Positions 27,857 to 35,963 of a DNA stretch of 64,000 nucleotides are shown one piece after another; position 1 is the first letter of the stretch; each line of letters begins with the position of its first letter. The stretch lies in IMG/VR virus record IMGVR_UViG_3300027819_000001, positions 1 to 64,000 of that record, one strand, 5' to 3'. The stretch is from a virus (lineage: Duplodnaviria > Caudoviricetes). The position numbers and the translations under genes are program-made. The notes beneath the pieces were generated by a model. It made no database searches. It saw nothing but the letters and a program-made list of their open reading frames with translations, and was not told the origin of the DNA.

Positions 27857-28374
27857 CAGTAAAGGTCTTTGAACTCCAGAATCGCTGCCGACTGATTCCT
27901 TGTCGCGGCATTGCGATACGCTCCGATCACATCATCTGGAGTGCGGGCCGAAAACACCGGAAAGCGAACCATGAAGTTCAGAGCGTCTGCAAAATTCTGT
28001 GTGTGCGTGGCGCCAGTGAACAGCGGCTTTTTCTTGTTCCCAACGACTATCCTAAGAATGACAGCAGGCTTGAACTGCCCATCGGACAGCGTCTCGATCT
28101 TATCCAGATGGTTCACGATGGCGTCCATGGCATTCGTCACGAAGTCGCATCGTTCAAAGTAGACCATTGGCTTGTACCCAAGCAGCGAGAGACCAATTGC
28201 CATTCCAACCATGAGGTTCTCAGCAACCGGAGTCTCGATCAACCTGTCCTCTGGCACTCCTGCCAGCGATCCTCCTGCCAGGCCATACTTCACGTTGTAC
28301 CCAATGAATCTCGCCTTCTCGTCCTTGGCGAACTCCAGCATGGCCTGGTTGATGGCTTCCTTGTACGTGCTCAC
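27856..28374 (-). CDS. TPP-dependent enzyme, E1-beta/transketolase pyrimidine-binding subunit (no C-terminal domain)
   Basis: IETPVAENLMVGMAIGLSL, DAIVNHL, GATHTQ. Confidence 0.9.
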   Translation of the reverse strand: MSTYKEAINQAMLEFAKDEKARFIGYNVKYGLAGGSLAGVPEDRLIETPVAENLMVGMAIGLSLLGYKPMVYFERCDFVTNAMDAIVNHLDKIETLSDGQFKPAVILRIVVGNKKKPLFTGATHTQNFADALNFMVRFPVFSARTPDDVIGAYRNAATRNQSAAILEFKDLY

Positions 28375-29144
28375 AGGTATCCTTTCGATTCGAGGTATTG
28401 TTCGCAGGCCGGTATGGTTCCGAAGTGTGGGAGCTTCTCCCCGTAGTCAACGTGAATGTCGTTGATCAGCATGATTCGCTCGGTGAACTTCCTCTGGTTC
28501 CAGATGTTGAACGTTGGCCATACAGGACCATTGGCTACGGCGATGATCGATTTCGCCATGAGAGAAAGAGAGCCGATGTCCGTAATCGAGTATCCAAGCT
28601 TTCGCGTGCATGGAACATGCGCATCCGTCATCGACGTGCATACCACAGTGTGCCCAGCAGCCGACATGCGCATTATCACCCTGTTCATAGCCGATTCATC
28701 CCACTGGAATTGGCTGCTCATCGGAGTGGAATTCAGCACCAGCCAGTCGATAGTACCGCCCGTCCATAGCGGATAGAGCAGAGACGGATAATCACACAGA
28801 AAGTCCGTCCTATCCTTAAACACCACCGGAATGCCAGCCTGTTTTGATTGGAATTCGAACCACCGAATCAGGAAGGCGATCACATCGAACCGCAGATCGG
28901 TTGAACTCCATCCAATCCCTTGAGGTCCGTCACCAATCCAGCAATTGATGGCGTCCGGTGGATGGTTCTCGGTTCTGACGAGTGCCACCTTGGTCCCATA
29001 GAGCACCGGCGCAAGCTGCATGTGATAATCCAGGTTGCAGTAGAAAAGCACTTCACTCTGGGGAATGAACTTCGCTGCCTTCCGTAGCCACAGGCAATGC
29101 CAGAAGCAGTCCCCAAGATGGAAATGGTTGACGTATGAGATCAT
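28371..29144 (-). CDS. GT-B (GT9/heptosyltransferase-like) protein
   Basis: HFHLGDCFW, INCWIG, IIAVANGP. Confidence 0.55.
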   Translation of the reverse strand: MISYVNHFHLGDCFWHCLWLRKAAKFIPQSEVLFYCNLDYHMQLAPVLYGTKVALVRTENHPPDAINCWIGDGPQGIGWSSTDLRFDVIAFLIRWFEFQSKQAGIPVVFKDRTDFLCDYPSLLYPLWTGGTIDWLVLNSTPMSSQFQWDESAMNRVIMRMSAAGHTVVCTSMTDAHVPCTRKLGYSITDIGSLSLMAKSIIAVANGPVWPTFNIWNQRKFTERIMLINDIHVDYGEKLPHFGTIPACEQYLESKGYL

Positions 29145-29830
29145 ACGGCTTCACCCATCGCGTTGAGGATGCTGTCCAGTTGGTACGGAGTCTTGATGCC
29201 GTGGAACATGTACGCCCCGCTCTTGGCATAGGCGAGCGCCTCATGGTAATACCCGTGCTCGAACGAGTTGGCGGTGTACGCAACCGGAGGAACAGTTGAC
29301 CTGAGGTTGTACATCCCAAGCCCCTCCTCTTCCGCAGCCGTCCCGAACATCCGATCCCAGTTCCCGGCCTCAATATCATCTGGAAATGTTTCCTGTCTCG
29401 AAACGATCTTCTCCATGGCTGGCCGGTGAATCAGGAACGGAGGATGGCAGAACCAATGCCCACGCCATCCGGTCCCTCCACAGGTCTTGTACTTGTCGTG
29501 GAACCATGACCCACGGATCTCCAGAGGATCTGTTCCCCAAGGAAAATCCTTCCGGACGCAGATCGCATCGTACTCAAAGATAACGAACCGATCGTACTCC
29601 GTCTTTGACAGGCACATCCGGCACATCGCCTTGAATCGCCTGTTCGCCTCAGCATCGTGATGACTGGGTGTTCCAAACCCAAGCTGTTCGTGGGATGTCT
29701 TCACCAAAGCCGTAGAAGGGCACCAGACAACGATTGGACTGCCGTGGGCCTCCCAGTATGGCAGATGCCTGTCAAACGTCTCCTGAGCCTCTTTATGGGC
29801 CATTACGACGATTAGGGTGTTGTTGGTCAC
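29141..29830 (-). CDS. Putative GT-A-fold glycosyltransferase
   Basis: FVIFEYDA, NWDRMF, YMFHGIK. Confidence 0.55.
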   Translation of the reverse strand: MTNNTLIVVMAHKEAQETFDRHLPYWEAHGSPIVVWCPSTALVKTSHEQLGFGTPSHHDAEANRRFKAMCRMCLSKTEYDRFVIFEYDAICVRKDFPWGTDPLEIRGSWFHDKYKTCGGTGWRGHWFCHPPFLIHRPAMEKIVSRQETFPDDIEAGNWDRMFGTAAEEEGLGMYNLRSTVPPVAYTANSFEHGYYHEALAYAKSGAYMFHGIKTPYQLDSILNAMGEAV

Positions 29831-30501
29831 AGGGGTTTGCAGAGGATATCGAACTGAGGTCCGGTCATTGGCTCATTCAGGATGTTGTCGAATGAATACC
29901 GTAGAACGGTGAGCAGCCCGAGGAGTTCGTCAGAAGATGATCCGGCAGCCTCCAACGCTCCTTCGTTGACCTCGATCAGCATCACAGGACGGCAACGTTT
30001 GATTGTCTCCCAGGCCCCAAGCAGCGCCTCGCATTCAAATCCCTCCAGGTCGAGCTTGATGAAATGAACCGTCTCAAGCTGATACCTATCCAAAGGCTCT
30101 CCACCTCGACTGGTCGCAAAAGGATCCTGCTTTAACGTGATCCTTGTTGCCCCGGAATTTGGATTCGGCTCGATCCAAACTGTCGATTCGTGATGGGTCA
30201 GCGCCTCTCCGTATCGCTTAACCTGAGGCAGGTTTTTAGTGTTGTGTTTGAGACACTCAAACGCAATCGGATTCGGCTCCATCGCATGGACAGTCCCAGT
30301 CAATCCAACCTTCGCTGCATACGCCACCGTGTGATCCCCGATGAACGCCCCACCATCCACAACGACGCCACCCTCCGGGATGTATGGCAGCACGCGCTTG
30401 AGCAGCCACTGGTCATGATCCAACCGGCCATGCTTCTCGATCCACTTGCTGATTCCTTCATCTCCGTCGATAACCGCTATTCCATTCGGGAGGATCTTCA
30501 T
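29827..30501 (-). CDS. FkbM-family methyltransferase
   Basis: VVDGGAFIGDHT, AMEPNP, FIKLDLEGFE, PVMLIE. Confidence 0.9.
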   Translation of the reverse strand: MKILPNGIAVIDGDEGISKWIEKHGRLDHDQWLLKRVLPYIPEGGVVVDGGAFIGDHTVAYAAKVGLTGTVHAMEPNPIAFECLKHNTKNLPQVKRYGEALTHHESTVWIEPNPNSGATRITLKQDPFATSRGGEPLDRYQLETVHFIKLDLEGFECEALLGAWETIKRCRPVMLIEVNEGALEAAGSSSDELLGLLTVLRYSFDNILNEPMTGPQFDILCKPL

Positions 30502-31226
30502 TTGAGTATCGCCTCCAGTTCCGCCTTGATCTTGTCCGTCAACCCGCCCCAACTCCAGTGCTGATTCAACAACGCTTTGGGCAGGTACTCCAACGTGTTG
30601 ATAAAAGTGAATTTGTCGCTCATCTTGGCCATGCAGTAGGCCCCAAGTGCGTTGAACTCGGAAAACTGGCCCCTCGGTTGGCTCAGGACGTAATCAGCGA
30701 ATGGCATGTGATGCACCTTTTCGATGTGCTCCCGCAATCCACGGAGCGCCTCCGGTGTACTCATGATCGGGAACCGCCTCATGCACTCGAACTCGATCTT
30801 CATCCCGAGAGCTTTCTCGGTGATCGGTTGCCACGGCGTCTGAGCCTTCCCATCCACCACAAGGGCCGAATAAGGAGTGTACCAGATGATCGGTTTGCCA
30901 TCCTTCAACCAACTCTCAGGGGTATTCGACGTGTTGAAGCAGTTGTCTGAGTCCACGTAGAGAATATGCGTCATCCCAGGACAGAACAAATCAGCGCAAA
31001 TCTTCACGACCTGCTGGTAGAGGTACCCGTCCTTCTGCTGCTTGTCCGCCGTCTCGATGACGATCATGTCGTCCACACCGCCAAACGGAACAGCAGCACG
31101 GTCGCCATGAGGAACGCACAGCACCACGCCTTCATACCCGGAGCAGAACTTCTTGATCGACCGGAGGCAGTACGCCAGCCATGGAAAGTCCTTCCGATAC
31201 GATTTGATGAAGATGACGGTTTTCAT
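30498..31226 (-). CDS. GT-A-fold glycosyltransferase-like (DUF6492-like)
   Basis: YLYQQVVK, ILYVDSD, FSEFNALG. Confidence 0.65.
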   Translation of the reverse strand: MKTVIFIKSYRKDFPWLAYCLRSIKKFCSGYEGVVLCVPHGDRAAVPFGGVDDMIVIETADKQQKDGYLYQQVVKICADLFCPGMTHILYVDSDNCFNTSNTPESWLKDGKPIIWYTPYSALVVDGKAQTPWQPITEKALGMKIEFECMRRFPIMSTPEALRGLREHIEKVHHMPFADYVLSQPRGQFSEFNALGAYCMAKMSDKFTFINTLEYLPKALLNQHWSWGGLTDKIKAELEAILK

Positions 31227-31420
31227 TGCACTATCGGCGGCCTACCGAGTCCTCCTGGAACGTATTTTTTTTGCCCAGGCTTTCGGTGGTACTCTCTCAT
31301 CTTTAAGGCACATGAGTTGCAAAGGCCCTTGTAGTTCTCAATCTTTCCATCAGCGCATTGCCTACACAATCCGCGAGAGATTCTATCCAACTGCCATTTG
31401 AGTTGCCTAGAGATTTTCAC
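31223..31420 (-). CDS. Small basic Zn-finger-like protein
   Basis: CRQC...CNSC; GTGA/ATGA coupled. Confidence 0.6.
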   Translation of the reverse strand: MKISRQLKWQLDRISRGLCRQCADGKIENYKGLCNSCALKMREYHRKPGQKKYVPGGLGRPPIVQ

Positions 31421-31593
31421 GCTGAGAACGCCTCCTCGCTGGATGAATCATGCCGGACCGTTTCCCGTCGAATAAGCACTCCAAAGCCAGCGCCAATCAG
31501 TTTTACCTCAGGATCCTTGATCTTCTCGCTGATGTGAAAGGCGTGGCCTTTACCGGCCTTCTTTCCGTATGTCTTTTTCCATGTCGGCTTCAT
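31417..31593 (-). CDS. 58-aa hypothetical protein (MKPTWKK...)
   Basis: Read manually; coupled at both ends. Confidence 0.55.
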   Translation of the reverse strand: MKPTWKKTYGKKAGKGHAFHISEKIKDPEVKLIGAGFGVLIRRETVRHDSSSEEAFSA

Positions 31594-31700
31594 TCTTTAT
31601 TCCGTTTCCAATGAACAAACACGTAGATAATGGCGATGACCAGAATCACTGCTCCAATCAAGCGTTCAATGATGTAGATTTTGGCAGCAAGCTCGATCAT
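31590..31700 (-). CDS. 36-aa single-TM peptide
   Basis: MIELAAKIYIIERLIGAVILVIAIIYVFVHWKRNKE; ATGA-coupled at both ends. Confidence 0.55.
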   Translation of the reverse strand: MIELAAKIYIIERLIGAVILVIAIIYVFVHWKRNKE

Positions 31701-32350
31701 CTTATCATCCATTCGGTTCCATCAAAGTTCCAGCCATTCATCTTCTTTGTCAGCGCCCCGTGATATCCGAACTGTCCAGAGTAAACGGCGTGTTCGCAAC
31801 TGAACCTCTCCGCAACATTCGCCGGTGCGATCTTGAATCCGTTCTGCCTCAGCTTCTGTCCAAGGGTGATGCACGCGTAATAATCGCTCACCTTCACTGC
31901 CGGGTCCATCACGTTCGTCTGCGCCGCCACTGCCTGGCACCAGAGCTTTGATCGTATCGAGAACCCTCCATTCCCAACCTGGTTGTGCTGCTCTGGCCAT
32001 GGAGCCCCGATGTAGTCGTACTCCAGGAACTCCTTCCTCCACGCTGCCCGTGCCACAACACAGGCATCGTGTTCCTGGAACAAAACGAACTGCGTATCGA
32101 ACCATTCAGGCAATCGGGTCAATTGGTCAATTTCGTAGTCCAGCCGTCGAGGCTTGTGCTTGTGGTTCACCGGGATGATACCGTTCCGATGGCACTTGGC
32201 CTCGATCCCTTTGTTTGCCTCAAGGTCGGTCACGCACACCACCGCTCCGAACTCGACACAGCGCTTCGACCAGCACAGCGCCAGGATCGACTTCATCACG
32301 TTCGAGGTCGTGTCCAGGGTGAGCAGGGTTACTTTGGGGAGGGAGATCAT
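31697..32350 (-). CDS. DUF5672-like glycosyltransferase
   Basis: FQEHDA, WRKEFLEYDYIGAPW, VGNGGFSIRSK, FGYHG. Confidence 0.8.
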   Translation of the reverse strand: MISLPKVTLLTLDTTSNVMKSILALCWSKRCVEFGAVVCVTDLEANKGIEAKCHRNGIIPVNHKHKPRRLDYEIDQLTRLPEWFDTQFVLFQEHDACVVARAAWRKEFLEYDYIGAPWPEQHNQVGNGGFSIRSKLWCQAVAAQTNVMDPAVKVSDYYACITLGQKLRQNGFKIAPANVAERFSCEHAVYSGQFGYHGALTKKMNGWNFDGTEWMIR

Positions 32351-32595
32351 TGATCGTCCTCTAAGCTTTCAGCAGCAATAAAGATTAGCAGCAGTGGCCA
32401 GAACGGCACAAAAAGGAGGATCACAGTCACCACTTCCGAAATCGTGAGATCGATCCACTTCTTCTCGCAAGAATGATGGAAAAAGAAGAATGGCGATACC
32501 ATTCCAAGAACGAATCCGATGAAAAGATAGAAATAAAGGTATGTGATCATCGGTTCATCTCGCCAGCGTAATAGCCCACGCAAAATCCAGTGCAC
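32347..32595 (-). CDS. Small membrane protein
   Basis: Two hydrophobic segments (WP motif). Confidence 0.6.
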   Translation of the reverse strand: MHWILRGLLRWRDEPMITYLYFYLFIGFVLGMVSPFFFFHHSCEKKWIDLTISEVVTVILLFVPFWPLLLIFIAAESLEDDQ

Positions 32596-32614
32596 AATGC
32601 AACAATGAATACGG

Positions 32615-32779
32615 TCAATAGTAGCCTTTCGCTTTGTCGATTGCTATTGCGGCTTCCAATGCACGCCTCATAGGCGAATCGTCAGATCGTCCAATCCTTC
32701 GCTCGATTTCAGCATCTACCAGCGCCATGTCGCGCTTCTTTCTAAGCTTGGACACCTTTGATTTTTGGTTTGGATTCAT
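32615..32779 (-). CDS. 54-aa hypothetical protein
   Basis: Read manually; ATGA overlap with upstream gene. Confidence 0.5.
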   Translation of the reverse strand: MNPNQKSKVSKLRKKRDMALVDAEIERRIGRSDDSPMRRALEAAIAIDKAKGYY

Positions 32780-33489
32780 ACCTCAGGCAACTCCAAATGA
32801 TCCCCGCACACGTACTGCGCTCCCGGCCTCTGGATCATCGTCAACGGCGAGGACAGGTCCACTTCCACGATCTTTGGCATCTTCAACCCTTCCGCAATGG
32901 CTTCCAAGGCGCCCTGGTTGCCGATGAAGAGTTTGGCATTCCCGATGTACTTTGCCGCGTAATGAATGTTCGGACATGGAATGAACGGAATCTCGTTCTC
33001 CATTCCTCGTAAAAGATCGTCATACTCATCACTGAATCCAATAAACGCGCTTTTACCGGCGTACCTTTCAACGATTTTCGGCCATGGAAACCTTGGATTG
33101 TGCCGCCTCAACGTCCTGGATAGGATCACCGATGGACAGTTAAACACCTTCTCCTTTGGCAACCACGGCTCCGTCAGAATCTCCGGCCCAAACCCAAAGC
33201 TTCTCGCATACCTCTCCTGCAACGGCATGAACGGGTTCTGGTAAAGCGACGCTTGGTAGCGCCATGAGTCCAAATCGTATTTACAGGCTTGGCCGTGATG
33301 CAGCTTCACGTCTTTCACGTAGCCAGTGGCCAACAGGAGAGGCTTGATGTTGTCCACCATCGCCTGATCACACTTGACCCTGGTGAACTCAGCACGCGCA
33401 AGGAATAGTGTCCCGCCGCCAAGTGCTCGGATGGTTGGAAGGGAGTGGATCAAATCTCCCGCGTCGCCCGAGTGAACGTAGGTGCTCAT
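32776..33489 (-). CDS. GT-B (GT9-like) glycosyltransferase
   Basis: HSGDAGDLIHSLP, FIGNQG...AIAEGL. Confidence 0.7.
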   Translation of the reverse strand: MSTYVHSGDAGDLIHSLPTIRALGGGTLFLARAEFTRVKCDQAMVDNIKPLLLATGYVKDVKLHHGQACKYDLDSWRYQASLYQNPFMPLQERYARSFGFGPEILTEPWLPKEKVFNCPSVILSRTLRRHNPRFPWPKIVERYAGKSAFIGFSDEYDDLLRGMENEIPFIPCPNIHYAAKYIGNAKLFIGNQGALEAIAEGLKMPKIVEVDLSSPLTMIQRPGAQYVCGDHLELPEV

Positions 33490-33496
33490 CGGTCAC

Positions 33497-33799
33497 CTAT
33501 AGCGCCTCCCTCGCGTACCGCCTCAAACGGGAGGCTAGATTGGTCAACCGTTTCTTTTCCTCATCATTGTTCGCTGAATCAAATCCACGGACGTATATGG
33601 ATGCCTCCTTAATGTCCTTCCTGAATTCATCCAGGCTGTTCACAGGCGTCGCCACCAGCAATGGTTTCTTCGCCTTCTTCTCTTTCACTTGTTCTGTTTT
33701 CATAGTTTTCCGTATTCCGTTCACCGTTTCTATCTCTTTAATCTGACTGTCAATCCAGTCAGAAATCTCTTCCACTTCGGGCTTCAATCCCCATTTCAT
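33497..33799 (-). CDS. Hypothetical protein
   Basis: 100-aa ORF. Confidence 0.6.
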   Translation of the reverse strand: MKWGLKPEVEEISDWIDSQIKEIETVNGIRKTMKTEQVKEKKAKKPLLVATPVNSLDEFRKDIKEASIYVRGFDSANNDEEKKRLTNLASRLRRYAREAL

Positions 33800-33824
33800 G
33801 GCCCGGTTTGGTTCATGGTCTTTT

Positions 33825-34395
33825 TACTCTGCTCCTTCTTCTTTCGAATAAGGTGCATCCTGAGCTTGAAAGCAATTGGCAGGGCTCACCTTCTGGTACC
33901 TAAAGGCACCAGGAGCCGTGACCCGCTTTTCACTATCCCAAGAGTACGAATCCTGGGCTGGCAGAGTATCGCATATCAGTTCACTGAACCTGACTGGAGT
34001 GATTTTCGGTGCATCCTTTCGCAAGTGAAGTCGCGGAAGTTTTGTGCATCTCTGACGCCCCGCATTTCCGATTTTGAACGTTGGGATGAGCCCGATTGAT
34101 GCAGCCCTTTTGACGGATATTGTTAGGTGCCCTGTGAGGGAGATATTCCCCGGACCCACACGCGTACGTGTTGCCAAATGGTTCCGGTACGGTTTCTGAA
34201 GACTGATCCAGCCATTGTCAATGAACGGGTCAGAAGGCGGAGCAGGGAACATTTCCCGTATGTTAATGTCGCAGAAAACTGAAAGCAGGGAGGGTTTTCG
34301 GCGATCCCGTTTCAGGGCCACCCAGGAAATGTTTCCTGCTCCGGTAAGTGTCGTGCTTTCAGCTAATTGACGGACATTAATCCGACAACCAACAA
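33825..34395 (-). ncRNA. Candidate large structured ncRNA (~570 nt)
   Basis: 18-bp helix 34325-34342/34239-34256 crossing 8- and 9-bp helices; further long-range and local stems; promoter directly upstream. Confidence 0.5.
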
Positions 34396-34400
34396 GCGGG

Positions 34401-34428
34401 ACCGTAGCAGGTATTATTTTCATGTCAA
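34401..34428 (-). promoter_or_regulatory. sigma70-like promoter P2
   Basis: TTGACA(34428-34423)-16 nt-TACGGT(34406-34401); same -10 and spacing as P1. Confidence 0.6.
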
Positions 34429-34688
34429 GGTTTGAAGACACCAACCACCCAGCCTGGTTGGACAGCGCCTTTCGGAAACACGGTGATAACTGGCATCGAT
34501 TGGCTCTCATGCTGAAGAATCACCCGTTCACAAATCATGGCCATAGCCTCAGAATCACGCTGAGGTTGGATAACCCAATAGTGCAATCCTTTTGGTTTCC
34601 AAAACCCTTTTCCAATTGTTGGAGAGTGAAGTCCTGTTTTTTCATGAATGACAGCCCTTATCCTCGTCCTGCACTTTGGGCATCTCAT
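34425..34688 (-). CDS. Hypothetical Zn-ribbon protein
   Basis: MRCPKC start, ATGA overlap. Confidence 0.6.
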   Translation of the reverse strand: MRCPKCRTRIRAVIHEKTGLHSPTIGKGFWKPKGLHYWVIQPQRDSEAMAMICERVILQHESQSMPVITVFPKGAVQPGWVVGVFKP

Positions 34689-35575
34689 AACGTCTTGACC
34701 GCCTCCAGCACATTGCGTTTCGCAATGTCCCATGTCCTGGCCTTTGCCCAAGCGATCCCTTCGAGCCTGGTTTTCTCCGTCTCCTTCACGTCGATCACCA
34801 CCCGGCGCATCTCAGCAATGAGACTGTCCCCTGTAAAGGCCGTTAAACGAGCGGGAGAGCCCCTCAGAGCCATTTTGTTCACTGGTTGGAGTACCAGGCA
34901 CCCCGAAGCCATCGCCGCCGTGGAGGCCATTCCAAGGCCGTTCGGATCACAGGACAGGTAACAGTCGATGGATTGGTACCACTTGGCCATTTCATGCCAT
35001 GGATACCAAACCTTGGAATTGAGAGTGACCATGGAGGCATCCTGGCTTGATCCGAACGCCTTTCCAAACACATTTGGCACAATGAATGCGTTCTTGTGTG
35101 TCTTGCGCTGGTCCAGTCCGAATACGATGTGGCGGCGGCGGCCTGGGAGTCTGTTTCGACGCGGGCAAGGAGGAGTTTCCCACATGAGATTCCATTTCTC
35201 AGGACTGTCGTCCGATACCACCGCATCACCTGCCGTGAATATCTCAGGAGAATAGCCAATCGGAAACCGCTCTCCAATCTCAAGAAGCTCGGTATTCGGA
35301 TGCAATGGAGGATGCTCAATCGTGATACCCTTTGTGATGAACACCTTCGTCGCCGGTGAGCACATGTTGCCAGCAGGCCCGATCAGAACCTCTGGCGTCC
35401 CATCGAACGGCTTGCCAATCCTCTCCCGGATCATGTAGTCCGCCTTCTCCGGCATCTTCAGTGGGTTCAGCACAACGTCGATCCCAGCCTCCAACAGCCA
35501 GGACATTACCTCACGACTCAGGATTCCCCAGTCCGAGTTGTCCAGGTAGGAACGTAGCGATAGGCGGGAGATCAT
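34685..35575 (-). CDS. GT-B (GT4-like) glycosyltransferase
   Basis: WYQSIDCYLS...GLGMASTAAMASGCLVL; RTWD. Confidence 0.7.
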   Translation of the reverse strand: MISRLSLRSYLDNSDWGILSREVMSWLLEAGIDVVLNPLKMPEKADYMIRERIGKPFDGTPEVLIGPAGNMCSPATKVFITKGITIEHPPLHPNTELLEIGERFPIGYSPEIFTAGDAVVSDDSPEKWNLMWETPPCPRRNRLPGRRRHIVFGLDQRKTHKNAFIVPNVFGKAFGSSQDASMVTLNSKVWYPWHEMAKWYQSIDCYLSCDPNGLGMASTAAMASGCLVLQPVNKMALRGSPARLTAFTGDSLIAEMRRVVIDVKETEKTRLEGIAWAKARTWDIAKRNVLEAVKTL

Positions 35576-35778
35576 TTCGACTCCTTTGGTTGTGGAACCC
35601 CTGGAACGACGGTCCAGGTTCCAAAGCGTGACTTGTCCATGAAGAACAATTCTCCATCATCACACAGCGCGAATATCGCTCCATCGCACTCAGTTTCTGA
35701 GTTTTCCGAGATTTGAGCGATTGCGATCTGGATGATCTTCCTGGATGGAAGGAGTGGATTCGGTCCTGATAATTTCAT
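35572..35778 (-). CDS. Small hypothetical protein
   Basis: IFALCDDG..F...W..VP; coupled. Confidence 0.65.
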   Translation of the reverse strand: MKLSGPNPLLPSRKIIQIAIAQISENSETECDGAIFALCDDGELFFMDKSRFGTWTVVPGVPQPKESK

Positions 35779-35963
35779 GAGTTCAGCGCGATTTGGAGCG
35801 CAATCTGAAGGCCAGCAACCTTGCCGCGAGCGTAGTGCTCTTTGACGATGTTGCCGGAAAGCTTCTCTCCAGCCACTTCAACCTCAGCTTCGTCGTACGC
35901 CTCCCTGAGTTCGCTTTGGATGGCGTAGATTCTGGAGCCGCTGAATTCAACTTTGTCGCTCAT
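35775..35963 (-). CDS. Small hypothetical protein
   Basis: Coupled ORF. Confidence 0.6.
   Translation of the reverse strand: MSDKVEFSGSRIYAIQSELREAYDEAEVEVAGEKLSGNIVKEHYARGKVAGLQIALQIALNS

Noticed and set aside
24824-28374. Auxiliary metabolic pyruvate dehydrogenase
   Set aside because: No E2/E3, truncated beta subunit, glycan-enzyme context
33825-34395. Group I/II intron, RNase P RNA, tmRNA or hammerhead
   Set aside because: No convincing P7 core, domain V, GAGGAAAGUCC or tRNA-like ends, and it does not interrupt a gene
33824-34510. Protein-coding ORF (228 aa track call)
   Set aside because: No recognisable motifs, not start/stop-coupled, best ATG sits inside promoter P2; kept only as the alternative to the ncRNA call
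24117-35575. DNA hypermodification as the main role of the cluster
   Set aside because: No hydroxymethylase, TET/JBP, deazaguanine or phage DNA polymerase gene in the window, and the location is the late structural operon; not excluded for genes outside the window
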